Below are positions 1 to 12,650 of a stretch of 64,000 nt of DNA, in pieces. Where the stretch lies: positions 18,138,457 to 18,202,456 of the forward strand of contig OZ316897.1 of the NCBI GenBank assembly GCA_973895155.1, in the 5' to 3' direction. This DNA is from Marsupella aquatica. Its lineage: Eukaryota; Plantae; Marchantiophyta. Position numbers and translations under genes: made by a program. The notes under the pieces are model-generated. The model had not been told where the DNA came from, made no database searches, and saw only the letters and a list, made by a program, of their open reading frames with translations. Numbering within the stretch: the first letter of the stretch is position 1; the number at the start of each line of letters is the position of its first letter.

Positions 1-2396
1 GAAATATCGGGTAGAAAGTATTTCGGATCGTACCGATCATAAGCTGGATCCTGGTCCTTGGGAAGTCCTTCCTCTGTTGGTGCACGAGGTTTACTCTCCG
101 TGTTTTTCTTCTTTACAACAGCCAATTCCTTCTCCTCCTTTCGCTTGGAGCGAGTGGTGGCATAAATATTTTTCAAGACCTTGTCCCTGTCCTGCACTCT
201 CGCATTAGGTAGTCCCACCACTTCCCGTTTCACTAAGTGCTCCACCATGACATCGGGTACTACTCCGGATAAAGATTGAGCAAAGAGTGAATCGGCCTTC
301 CCTTCGACACGATTTACCTGTGTATGATGAATCAATCCACAATGCTCAACTTCTTCGGAGTATACCATGCGAACCTTTGCTTCCGGCCTGGTAGTCTCCT
401 TAATTGGTTCCTGGGCAAAGCGCACCATCATTTTGGGTTTGGGAGGATTGGGGCATTCAACTGGCAGGTGGCCCTCTTTATGACAATTCCCACAGACTGG
501 CGTGTAGCCTTCCTCCTGCCTAGGGTAGGGGCATTGAGGAGAATAGTGGTCTGGTTGACCACAGTTCCAACAAGAGCCCTTTGCTCGAGGTGCACCACGA
601 GGTGGATATCCTCCAGGAGGTCCCATAGGTGGCCTCGGCACTGCTCGACCATAATTCGGCTTCGAAGATGCCCATGCTGGTCCAGGAGCTGGTTGAGGTG
701 TCGATGGGAAATACTGACTTCCCCCAGGTGCTATCACAGCATAGGAATTATCAGTCATAACCCTCCGCCTCCTCCTGCATCTGCATGTAATTTACCTTCA
801 GATTGGAATTCGGGCATTCACTTGGATAATGGCCTTGCTGATTGCAACGAGCACACCAAACGTTTACTCTCATAGCAGGCGGTTGTCGTCTCACAGGTTT
901 AAGAGCAGCAATGTTGACACTTAATTTAGACAACTTGCCACTAAGATCTGACATCAACCGATCCAGGTTCTTCGGGTGAGTGGTCTTGGAGGCCCCCTTG
1001 CTGGAAGATTTCTTCTTTGGAGTAGATTTCTCCGAATCTGAAGAAGAGGTCGAACTCTCACTGGTAGTGGTCGTGGAGCTGTACTCGTCGTCACTGGAAC
1101 TGCTAGTGGTTTCTGCCTCCGATTCTGAGCTGTCCTTGGATTTTTTTTCTTCTTATGCCTATCTCGTTTCAAGTCCTTCCTCACCCGTTTCTTCCCTGAA
1201 ATCTCAGAATCGACATACTTCTGTGCGGCTTCTTGTGCTTCATCAAAAGTCGTGCCTCCCTCTCTCCTCACATATCGGGCAATACGGGAAGGTAGCCCGT
1301 TGACAAACCAATCTCTCACAGTTAATTTAGAAGTGGCAGGGTTATACTGGTCAACCAAATCCAACAGTTTATCAGCGTATTTTCTTACCGAGCCATGCTT
1401 CTTCATACGTAAGTGAGATATCCGAGTAAATGCTCGGGCTGCTGCTCCATCTTCTTGGAATTTAGCCAAGAACGCAGCCTTCACACTGGGCCAATCCTGT
1501 TTGGTTGGGAACCGATCGTACCATTTCTGTGCTCTTTTCTTCATTAGCCCCCCGAATAAATTGGCTTTCTCTGCATCCAGGCTCTGCCCATTAGAAGTTG
1601 CTGAGGCCTCAAACTCCTTCAGGTAAACCTCTGCATCCTCCTTTGAGGTCCCAAAAAATCTATCATACCGCACATGGTTCCGGGCCATTGTAACTACGGG
1701 CGCTGCTGAAGAAGGAGAGGCGCTCTTAGTACTTCCGGGGGTAGAGGTCCCGCCTCGTGGCGTGCGGGTTGTGCTGGAAGGTAAACTGGAATTTGATGTA
1801 CCACTTCCCAACGAAGATACTCCCGAGTGGGATGTCTGAGATGTATACAGGTTATCTAAGTCCTCAACGCCTCCCAATGGTACCACAAAAACACTCTCAG
1901 GAGTGTCATAAGGGTCTTGGGCAATCTCTGGTAAAGCGGTGCCTGGCGTCGTAGTTGTGACTTCTGCGGGTTGCTCAAGGCTACCTTGGTTCTGCTCCTC
2001 CTGCGGGGTAAGTGAGTTCTCTCGTTCTTGCCACACCAGAGATGTTCCGAAAGTTTTAAAACTCGATGGAGTTATGTGATCATCCAAACTACTGGCTCGT
2101 CTTAAACTCCCCGAAATTCCAGGCTTCTTTCGAGGCTTTTGTGGGACAATCAACTTCGGTCCAGAACGTAAGTTCACAAATCCTGGTCTACTAGAAGTTG
2201 GCGCTTCCAGAGTTCCCCTCGAATCATTCTGCTGAATGAGGGATAATCTCGCGTTTACACTTCCAGGTGGCGGAAAGTCTGGTGACTGAAATTCTGCAAT
2301 TAACCCCCTCGGTTGAACCGGTGATTCGAAGGATGGGACTTGGGACGTCGAGACTCGGGTTTCCTCCTTGCCTGGTTGCTGATTTTTCTCAGTCAT
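1..2396 (-). pseudogene. Gypsy gag (capsid-like domain plus three zinc knuckles), frameshifted
   Basis: ORF 954-2396 has retrotransposon gag motifs (DAEVYLKEFE, RAQKWY, WPSVKAAFLAKF, FVNGLP). Frameshift in the A-run near 1141, then CARCNQQGHYPSEC (751-957). A second shift near 750 leads to CWNCGQPDHYSPQC and CGNCHKEGHLPVEC in a frame open to position 1. Confidence 0.85.
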
Positions 2397-2446
2397 TCCT
2401 CATTTCTCTACCCCTCTTGATACTGCCTGCCTCCTCCTTTACCAGC

Positions 2447-3264
2447 TTAAAAGGATCGCAACACCATTTCAGGAAATTCCATGATTGGGGGATCGATTAT
2501 AACAAAATCCATAACATAGTATTCATCCCCCACTTGAATAGCAAGTGACCTAAGTTCCCCTACAGGTCGAAGGATATGCCCGTCATACCAAATCCTAACT
2601 GTGGTGGCAAAAAGTGGTCCCAAATTTAATTGTTCTACCAACCAAGAAGAAAGCAAATTCACTCTCGAACCTCTGTCCAGCCTTACCGTTCTAATCAAGA
2701 AGCCGTCCACCCTTACTTGAAACTCAAAGGTACTTCCCTGAACCTAGGGCATGATAGCGTCCGGGCCAGCTTCAAATCTGAGGGCGCCCCTTGCTATCCC
2801 GTAGCACTCCGTCTGTAACTGCCGCACAAGTCCAATCTCCGAATTTTCCGCTTCCGGCTGGAGTCGTCCTTTGCTATCTAATAGCGCTCTCCTCCAGAAC
2901 TTCCTCTTGAGCGTAATGGTTTGGATCTCCCTCGAATCTCCCTGAAATCTCCCTGAACCCAGGGCCTCCCCCTTCAACAGAACCAATACATCCTCAACCC
3001 GCGGCGCTCTTCATAGTAAAGCAGCGCTCCTCTCCTGATACTGTACAAAAAAGTAACACTTCCCTCCGTCTGGACCAAGAATCCGCCCCTGCCAGAGAAT
3101 TATGCACCATTTCGCTTTTCTTTCTTAATGGTGCGTTCTTTTCTCCTTTCAGTTGCACGGAGCGCTCTCCTTCGCCACAATTCTTCAAAAGAAGGTGGTG
3201 CATTGTCAATGGTGAAAGAATAGGTCTCAAATGTCATCACCGGCCATTCCACAGATGGCTCCAT
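2447..3264 (-). pseudogene. Extra ORF upstream of Gypsy gag with a retropepsin-like C-terminal domain (disrupted)
   Basis: ORFs 2744-2986 and 2447-2710 are in the same frame, separated by one TAG. The joined frame reads FQVRVDGFLIRTVRLDRGSRVNLLS...RPVGELRSLAIQVGDEYYVMDFVII, resembling Athila-type protease (LD.GASVNL...P.G....V.VG.....DFVV). The 5' extent to the ATG at 3264 is uncertain. Confidence 0.55.
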
Positions 3265-3376
3265 GAGGCCAAAATTCTCCCTTCTAAGCTCTTAAAATCC
3301 TTCACTACAAGTGGCATTCACTGCCTGAGTTTCAATTACTTCCAATTCGTTCCCCGGCAGCGGCGCCAAAAATCTA

Positions 3377-4805
3377 TGTGGTATAGGTCTATAAATAAAA
3401 CACAAGGTTTAAAGCCAAAGATAACCCAAAGTCGATCCCGTAAAGAACAAAGTGGAAGCTATTGAAGGAAATAGTGTTAATGAAGAGATATAAGCTGACC
3501 TCTCAAATTTCTCTATCTTCAACCGATCAAACACAGAATAAAATCAACCAGTAACAACTAATTCTGGAATCATGATTGAAGGTGGATTTACATAAGGAAG
3601 AATTCAAGGAATATGAATGGCATTGCCCTTCCTTCAACAAAGATTAGGGTCTTACTCAACCCATTCTCCTATATTCTTCTCCTTCAAAATCTCGCTCTTG
3701 TCATGAGAAGATCACAGGAAAGATATAATCTCTACCGTTTTCAAGGTAAATTTCAGATTATAATTGCCGAGCTTTGCATTAAAATGATGGCAACACGGTT
3801 TGGCTAGGCATCAGGTATGGCATAGACAAAACACTAATGCAAAAGTCCAGGGCATAATAATGGTACTCTTGTCCCTCAATGATAGATTTGACACTTTCCT
3901 ATAAACATTCATCTTTGAATTTTGAATGATTCTCATCACTGTAAGCAATCAATCATAAAATTCATCTTGATTTCCAGAAGTTGAACATACACTTGTTTAT
4001 CGAGGAATCTTTCAAAACAAATTCCTCAACACAAACATTTACTTCATTTGCAATCTCTACAACTGAATAGATCACAAACAAAGGGAGCGACCGGGAGTCT
4101 TGCATCTACAGCCAGGCTTCCAATTTAGTCCTTCTCACCCGAAATGAGGAAAAACAAGGGCTTAAGTATCATCAAAGTCAGGGCAGAGAAAGTGTTCCCT
4201 AGAATCTAGAAAGAAAAGTAACTAAAATGAGATCTAGAAAGGCTGATCTAAACTAAACTACATACTGTAGTTTTAACTAGTATGAAAAGTAGTAGAGTAC
4301 TGAGTGCTGCTAACTAGAAAAGAGACTTCTTACTATGGTGGAAAATCAACTAGTAGCGCTGTCGGTAAAACAATAGTGAACATCTACTTAGTAAACTTAC
4401 TAAAGGTGCTCTGAGTAAGTAAATAGTGCTGTCTTAAGAACTACTAACAGAGGGCGCCTCTTATGAGTTGACACTTCTGCCCAAAAATTATCCCTGTTTT
4501 ACTCGCAGCGCCCTGTCTTCAATCAGGGGTGTCACATTACAGCTTCAACAATTGTCCTAAGCCTTCGGTTTTCTTCCTCGACCTGCATAGCTCCTCCGCC
4601 AGTACTCATTCTTTCTCGCGCTCTTACTGCTACCGGTCACCAGGTTGAAGCGCTCATTTCTTGGTAAAGGCCGTTCCTCTTCCCTACTCACTTAATGCTC
4701 TTTATGGCTAATTATCCTGCTTACAACCTCAAAGTTTCTAACTTCCATCCAAAAAAATTAAAAATGTCTCCTATTTAGAAGATTATCGCTAACGGGTATA
4801 CCACA
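3377..4805 (-). repeat. Gypsy 5' LTR (about 1.43 kb)
   Basis: TG...CA ends with a 9-bp inverted repeat; PBS immediately internal; the boundary coincides with the start of the duplicated flank. Confidence 0.8.
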
Positions 4806-6133
4806 GCCTTGTTGCGCCTCTGACGTACCCAATTGATTTACCAAAAATCTACTTGGCCCAAATCTTTGAGTTTGACTTCATTATTCCCTTGCAAGGTTAG
4901 TCAGGAGGGTCCATGACATATGTCAACCAGGGTTATGACAAACAACCTACGTATACTAAGAACATACAAGCCAACAATATAAGAGGGGTTTTATGGGGAG
5001 GAAATGCACAGTTGGGGCCAGTCTGGAGAGAACAAGCAAACCAGGCCCAATCTCAACCCCATTTTGGCCCCCCAATCTGTCCTCACTCCTACTTTGTTAC
5101 ATCAACAAGGGTAGATTGCAATTCTATGGCAGTTCATTCCATACCCCCAACAAACACAAAAGAGACTGACCATCACTAGAGGGGTTTGATGATAAAATAC
5201 AAGCTGACCCCAAAATGGGTTTGTTTTTTCCTTTAATTTACTGCCCCTTGTTGATTAATTTTTTTTGCCGTCCCAAGGTTAGTTTTCTTTCTCCCAAATT
5301 TGTGTTTCTTTACCTCAATCCCCTATATCATTTTTCTGTCCCTCTCTCTTGTTTGATCTTTTCCTCCCCTTGGAACTTGATGAAGAAGGGAATGGAAGGG
5401 AGGTTTGGGACCGAGGGCATGCAGGTGTGCAAGTTGTTGACGCTCTGGCCCACTTTTACCTACACATGCAAGGCAAGGCAAGGTACCAAATTCATGGGGT
5501 TTCTACTCAAACTCTAAATAATAATTCTGTTTTTTGTGTGTTAGTGGCTTCTGTCAGCTAATTTTCAGGTCAACATTAATCTTTCATGTTGACCATGTCA
5601 TTATAATTTGACATCAATTTCCTTCCAACAATTTTCATTTAGATATGTGCATTGCACATGACATATGACTTGCCTCCTGTCTCCCTTCCTCATTCACTTG
5701 ATCCTCCCCTCCCTTTCCAACATTCCTCCCTTGCTTGCCATCTTCATTGCCCACCATATTTGTGCTTACCATGTGCCATTCAGCATTTCTTAGAGCATTA
5801 CGCAATGTTCACATGTTTGTGTGTCTATGAAAATGATCTATGTCTATTTTACATCCAAGTTTTGCCCTCCCTTTCACAATACTCAATTTCCCCTCTCTCA
5901 ATGACTTGCCCACTTCTGCTTTAGTCCATGAATAATCAAGAGATGCTCTCATCCATGAATGATAGCATACATTGTGGTAGATGCAAGGTTACTAAGCATG
6001 GTACATAAAACTCTCCATCAAGGAGATTTGAAAACTGACGTCCTATCAAGGCAGAGGTTTGGTCTAGCACCCCAATTTATATACTTTTAATGTCAATGTA
6101 ATTGTATATCCAATATTGTAGGTGGATATTATT

Positions 6134-6962
6134 ATTATTATTATTATTACTACTACTACTATTTTTTAAATTAAAATTTATTCCGCGTGAACCCCACAGA
6201 TGGGGGGAACCAGCAGGCCCAAAGGCAAAAGGGAGCCAAAATGACAAAGGATAACAGCCTTGAAAAGCCACAAAAGACAAGTGACCCTAAAAGGACCAGC
6301 AATCCCACACCACTACACAGATAATGCAATACATTGCACTAGCCCACCAGGAGCAGAATCAGCCAGCCTGAGTACTCACAGCCTAATACAGTTATCAGGA
6401 ACATAGTCTTTCAAAGCCACCAAAAGTCACAGTCTACCAAGCGGGAGAGCAATACCCGAAGTCAGGAAACACTAGCCCAAAAGAACAGCAAAGCACATCG
6501 TCTCCGTCCAACAGCAATAGTAGCAGAGTTCAGCCACAACACCACTAACCCTCCTAAGTAGTAAATCTAATCCCCCTTTGGGGTATCCATCTAATCCGGA
6601 TGTAGTCTACAATTTCTTTGGCACGGAGCAACCGGGTGTGCTTCCTACCAGGAGGAGAACATCTCCCAGCCGCAATCAACATGTCTGCGACCTCAGATAA
6701 TACCAAGGAGAGGTCAAAACTTCTTTTCTTCCTATGATCAAATGTCTGTTCATTCCTGCCTAGCCAGATCGTCCACAAAACCTGGTATAGAATGAAAGCC
6801 TTCAGAGTGCAAATGCAATCCCGCCCAACAGTGGAGTCCAGCAAGGGAAGAAGGGCCACATGGGGCCAGTTGAACCAGCCAGCCAAACAGTCCTGTGTTA
6901 CCTGCCAGCAGTGCCTAGCATGTTTGCACTCAAAAAAGATATGGGGAATTGATTCCCCATGA
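6134..6962 (-). mobile_element. 5'-truncated LINE (3' end of ORF2, 3' UTR and (TAG/TAA)n tail)
   Basis: HIFFECKHARHCW followed by WTIWLGRNEQTF (zf-RVT/C-terminal LINE motifs, ORF 6554-6886). Microsatellite tail at about 6134-6167. 15-bp TSD TAGGTG(G/A)ATATTATT at 6119-6133 and 6963-6977. Empty site visible near 59525-59540. Confidence 0.85.
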
Positions 6963-7684
6963 TAGGTGAATATTATTGATCAGGTGGCATAGAAATGACA
7001 TCAAACAGTTGTAGACATTTGCACTAATCTATTCTACATTAATGAACATCAAAATGACTCAAAATGATTTTTGTGATGAAATAAATTATGTATGTTGCAA
7101 ATGTTATCATTGGGCATTGGCAATACCGAATTTCCTGGTGGTTCTAAAATTTGTCATTTTGCTAAGGCTAGCCAAAGACACAACAAAACTTTTGTGCCAT
7201 ATTTAACATACAAATTCACCGGTATGAAAGGGGTTGTTGTGGGCTTTGAGGGGCGCAGTTTGCAGAATTCAATTGAAACCAAACAAAAGAAATCCCACAA
7301 GAAAATGCTTAGATGCACAGATACCACAAAGTGGTAAAAGGCATAGGCAAGTGTTATTGGCTGTTAACCAAAGCTTGATGACAAGTAGGAGAGGCCAGAA
7401 AGCTAGGATAAGCAATTTTTTCCAGCTGTGTATGAAGTGATGCAATCAGCTAGACTCCAGAATTAACCAGTGTAAACTGATATGTGTTTGTAAAACCTCC
7501 GACCATGGCTACAAGAACAAATACACAATCAGTGATATATTGAACTGCCATTATATATAGCATACTCATCCTGGAACATGAAAAGTTATTTTGTCCTCTA
7601 GCAAAAAGTTTAAATTTTTTAGTGAAATATAGGTGATCTGGTTTTTTGTGGCAAATATAAATAGGACATTGATTAGGAAACGTG

Positions 7685-7981
7685 CTCGGGGGTTTCACTT
7701 CCATGAAAATGACATATCACGTGCGACGAAGGATAGGGCTGATTTATTGGTTCTAAGGGAAGACTTAAGAATTTTTGCAGAAGAACAATAGGGTCTTTTA
7801 AATTCAATTTTGAGACTTATAAGAACATTAGGGCCCTTTTAATCTAATTTTTGGAATATTCCAAGAATATTCCAACTTTATAGGGGTTAAAAAATAAATA
7901 TTTTTTCTTACATTTTAGGGGGTCCAAGGCCTAAAAACGTCACAGGTGATGGGGAGGTCCCCATATAGTGAGACCCCCGAG
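7685..7981. mobile_element. hAT-type MITE, copy 1
   Basis: TIRs CTCGGGGGTTTCACT / AGTGAGACCCCCGAG; perfect 8-bp TSD GAAACGTG on both sides; AT-rich interior; second copy at 41200-41506. Confidence 0.85.
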
Positions 7982-9222
7982 GAAACGTGATATTGAAAAG
8001 TTGTGCACATAAGGTACAAGAATAAAAATACACATGTAAAGAAAAGTAATAATGAACATGAAAAATTTAAGTCTATGGTATTGGGTTCTGCACATACTAT
8101 ACACCAGTAAAGATAATGACACTCAAATGAATTAAAACCATAAATTTAGGACACAAAACAATGAGTAGAACTTAAAGACATGAGGAGTGCACTTTAATTA
8201 GATCATTTCTTCTTCACTAAGGGCTAGAACTTCCGTGAGCTTTGTTAAAGGGTGGATGATCAAAAGTATACCAAAGATTGAAAAATTTAGAGGGGTGTCG
8301 GATTAAATTCAAAATCTAAAGTATACAAGGGATGTACCTTGGTAAGACACATTGAATTACAATACACAAGAAAAAAAGTTTGAAAAAGACAAAATACTGG
8401 AAGATGGATTCACCATATAGCAGTTTCATTCTGGATATCCACTGAACTGCCACTCACCAGGTCAAACCTGGGAATATCCTTGTTTCTCACCAATGGTTTC
8501 CTTACAAAATGATATTTTGGGCAGAAACCAAGCCAAGCCATTGGATTCCCTTACCCATTTTCTCCATCATGGGATTTTTGAAAATGACATATTGTGACCC
8601 CTCTATGTGCCCCGTTGCTTGCCTTCCCATCCAAGAAGTTCCACCTCCATTTGCCCTCCCCATCCATTCAATCACCCTGACCCTCAGAGATCCAGATGCG
8701 GCCAATGCCCAAATGCCACCCTTGCCACCACAGCCATGCCTTGCCCTAAAGCCCACCTCACAAAGCCAGGCACAGCCCACACCCTGAGCGCCAACCTTGC
8801 TTGTCTCCCCTGCATATTGCCCAAAAGCCCGCCCTCTGCTTCAAAGGGTACTTTTTGCATCAACAACATGGTTGCAACAATTGTTTAACAACCTAGCATT
8901 GCATGTTGCAACATTTGTGCACCACCCTAGCATTGACCTATTATTGAAAGACCATGTAAACATAGAGACGCCCTAGAAATGTACATTGGTGGAACCCCTC
9001 TTTGTGGTACAGGAGGGGCCTTGGAGAGGTGGTGCAACATTCCTTGTACTCCTTGGAAACCCATAATTATCATTCTCTCAAATACTCTTTTGCACAACAG
9101 TTGCTTGTAAGGTCCAGTAGCAGCAAAACCCAACGCTTCGACAAGTATGTCGAACGTTCTGCTCATCCATGGCACAGAGGAATGAAAGCAGCAAACTTGA
9201 GACCTGAGCGTCGCACTCGCAG

Positions 9223-9739
9223 CTAAAACGATATGATCCAGCCGAAAGCATACTCCTCTCTCTCGCCGAACAGCTTCCCATTCTTTGCTTTGATCTCCTC
9301 CTTGGGCATCAGAGCCAGCCACTTGCCCGTATCAGCTCCTTCCGCAGCCTTCTGGCGGCTTAAACCCCCCTTTTAGCGCTGAGGCCAGCATGTCGGTGTT
9401 CACCAATCCGGGGCAAAATCCCACCACGTAAATTCGGTGCCCCACAGGCTGAGATTTGGCGAATTTCTTCGCCAAGGTGATTGTGTATCCGTTCATGAAC
9501 ATCTTCGACTCGTTGTAGATCGGCTCCTTCAGCTTGGGACACTCGTTTGGGCCCACGATCCACCCTTCCTCCTCCATTCGTCCCGCCTTGCTGTCCTCGA
9601 GGTACTTCGCAGCCAACGAGTCCATCAGCTCCACGGAATAGCTCTCCTTGTCCCGGAATTGCTTCTTCAAGCTCTCTCCCAGTCGCTCGTAGAGCGCCGC
9701 TCTAGAGGAAACGTTGACGATGCGTGCTCCGGCCGGGGA
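9223..9739 (-). pseudogene. Truncated, frameshifted duplicate of the SDR at 47858-48784 (3' half only)
   Basis: Near-identical to 48256-48784 (SPAGARIVNVSSRA...IYNESK...). Lacks the N-terminal Rossmann TGxxxGxG region. Net 14-nt deletion near 9350 shifts the frame. 3' UTR similarity continues to about 8935. Confidence 0.92.
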
Positions 9740-10527
9740 CCAGCTGACGACCATAGCATCATGCTGAAACAGGCGTTGTCGGATACCTTTAGACTCTGAA
9801 GATTGTGTGTCTTAACAGTAGTTTATTCATGCTTGTGTTGGAGCTGAGGTTTTGGGAGGCAGTACTGTGGAGCACCTGGAATCAGCAAGGCTACGAGCTG
9901 TTCAAGCTAGTTATCAATAAGCCTCCTCGTGGCAGACGGTCCTTAGCGTGGTGCCAATTTCCAAATGTCGTAGTTGCTGCATAAGCCCAGATGGTGAAAA
10001 TTTGATTTGGACGATGTCTACCTGCAAATAGCTCTGTGGGAATCTACCAACCCGTCTTTATCATTCGGGGAGGCTGAAGGCTCGCTGGTGTTAATTAAGC
10101 AAGACTCGAGGAGATTCCGTGGAACCATCACTGTCTGGCTGAAATGGCAACACGAGCAACTTGGTTGGCGAATCCAGAAGGCTCCGTGGCACATCGGCGG
10201 GGAATAACCACCCACCCCAGCAGCCTACAGATCAAGCAGGCTCTAACAATCAACCACGTCCATTACTACTTATCGTGTCTTCCTCTACTTACTGCATGCC
10301 ATTCCGTTCATGGCTATCTGATCCCTGTTGTGATAACTCTTCTTTAATGGCGGGTCTTTCCTAATAGCGGGTCCAACAAACCAGGGACTCGACCTTCAAA
10401 TAGTATTCGTGATGGTAGTGTACATCATTTGGCGAGATGAGGTGTTGCAAGGACCAGATGACACAAACATTCAAAATAGTCTGCCTACGCAATCAAATGG
10501 GTACTCGGCAGGAGCTTCTCATTTTCA

Positions 10528-12650
10528 GCAATCTACTACTTTGGTGCATCAAAGGAGGGCAACAACAGCCCTCCTTCTGGGGAGTTTCCCTTCTTGTCAT
10601 CCATGACAAGCATTGTGTGTATCCAAGATCCTGAACTGTTTGTGTAAGCAGATAATCGGTGGAGCTTACAGATTGCTTGGTGAGATAGCAGTTAGTGACC
10701 TCCCAAGGTTGTCTGGTCCCGGTATGGCTACTAAAACCCACGATGACTTTTGTGCATCCGTTCTGGAGGAAGAGAAATCTGGCTTTATGGAATGAATGAC
10801 ATACCGCAACACAAGATTGACGGGAACAATTCAGTAGTGGCATCTGCAGCTCCCATTGTGACAAGGGAGTGCAATCCCAGCATTGATTGGCATTCATCCA
10901 GTCGACTCCAGTGACAATTGGCCTGTGTACAAATGCTGCCAAGTTGTACCAATTGATTCGCTAGGGTTGGACAACAAATGTTGAACTTGTCAAAGCAGGG
11001 ATAACTCAAGACAGCCCAACATGGTGTCTTGAGCAAGAAAATTTCCAAGTTGCATAAAATAAATTCTGAACATATTTTTCGATGGGATCCTGGGCATTTC
11101 TCTGTTCCAACTTATCCAGGCCTCTCCCGTCACTGTATATCGTTGGCGAATGCATCTCTCAGCCAAAATGGTATATAAGAATTGGACACTTTTGTTACCC
11201 TCGTTCAGTATAGGAAATGATCAGGGAGCCTGGATAGCCACCGGTTGGGATTTGATGTTGTTGATCATTTTTAAAAGCAAGAGTGCCAACTGAAGTGCGG
11301 AGCTTCAAGTTACAGCTGTGAATAGCCGCTGTGCAGATGGCACTTGTGCACATGGTATTACCTCAGAAGAACTTGATGAATGATTATCAGAGCCTAATAT
11401 GATACGTGGGTTCAACATTTGTTTGTTTGGAATCACTTTACATCGTTCTTCACATGTTTTCGGAGAGTTCTTTTTATTGCATCAACTCTGGCGTCGAGTC
11501 AATGCACTGGACGTGTGTTAATTGGGAACCTTTTCTCCTGCTACGGATCCCGTGGTTGACGATATTGATTTATTATCGAAAGGCAACTGAACCGGACCCC
11601 TGCACAAGGTCTCTCTGTGAGACTCCAAAGTCGTTTAATTCTCGTTGCCTGTTCTTTTGAGGTATGAAATATCAGGAAAGAGTCTGTTACGCAAGAAGCC
11701 ACAACAACACCTCGTCTTGTAGCAGCACAACTCAACCGTTGATCGATGGTGACCTTTGTATTTGAAATATTAAAATTGCTCGAGTACGAGGTCGTTTTGC
11801 ATGGATGTATCGCAGGTAAACCAGCGGAGACCAAAACCGAAATTCTCCGAATTGTTAGCATGTCAAGAATCAAAAGTAAGAGTCAATCGAATTATCTGTA
11901 CAACTGGCAATTCGAGTTGGACCTACAGTTCGGACCTACAGTTTAGGGTTTGTTTTTAGTTTCCTCGGTTAGGGTCATTTCTTTCCTGTTTTTAAAATCG
12001 GAAAGCGCTTTTATTTCTATCCCAGAAGACAGGATAAGCTGTTTCATGGGACTGTCATCCTTTGTTCACGGGTTGGTCTACATTTGTTTAGGAAGAAAAA
12101 AGATGAACTCCGGTTTATCGCAGTCCAGGATTACCAACTACCAACCCTAAACAACATCACTGCCGGTGCCAGGGATTTTGATTTTTCTCCAGTTGAGAAC
12201 CACGTGCATACCTGCGTGCATAAGCATTCCAATCCGATCACTCAAGAAGGGAGAGCAACCTACGACAATATAGTGAGCCTGATCTATGCAGGGAAGCGCA
12301 CCTGTGACGTCACTTGTACAACTGGCCATGCTGTGATATTTGACATCTCTTTCCTGTTGATTATGGTCCGTCTTGTGATGGACAGGAGGCTGTTGGCGAC
12401 TTGCAGGGAAAGGCGAAGCATTTCGAGTTGGAAGTGACGGGCTCCAGCGTACATGATCAGAGCCTACGTTCAATGAGAGCAACGAACTGATCAGGAGCTA
12501 TTCTTCCAGGTGAGAGTCGAAAGTAATGTTACCGATCCTGGGAAATTGACAGAGGTAGTGATTACACGATGCGTAGGAGAAGGGAGAACCTTCCTAGCTC
12601 GACCGTCATCCATTGTATCTAGAGGACTTGGGCGTAATGTCTAGCTGGAC
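10528..12650. repeat. Internally deleted direct duplicate of 13000-17010
   Basis: Collinear blocks: 10528-11720 with 13000-14200; 11728-11945 with 14868-15085; 12070-12150 with 15470-15530; 12300-12650 with 16695-17010. Confidence 0.8.

Larger units (their letters stand above)
1..4805 (-). mobile_element. Ty3/Gypsy LTR retrotransposon (Athila-like PBS), 5' half; runs off the left edge of the window
   Basis: 5' LTR 3377-4805 with 9-bp terminal inverted repeats TGTGGTATA...TATACCACA. PBS TGGCGCCGCTGCCGGGGAA (minus strand, about 3350-3368) next to the LTR. Gag with three CCHC knuckles. The flank after 4805 (GCCTTGTTG...) matches the uninterrupted paralogous site near 60995-61010. Confidence 0.85.
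4806..8935. repeat. Non-coding duplicated segment, left copy (inverted match to 50570-50897 plus 58854-61005)
   Basis: Long reverse-complement similarity; for example shadow ORFs 5652-5924(+) vs 59781-60005(-), 7092-7337(+) vs 59134-59412(-), 8509-8787(+) vs 58828-59031(-) and 50585-50962(-). Confidence 0.9.

Noticed and set aside
324-1303. Plus-strand ORFs 324-875 and 980-1303
   Set aside because: Antisense shadows of Gypsy gag.
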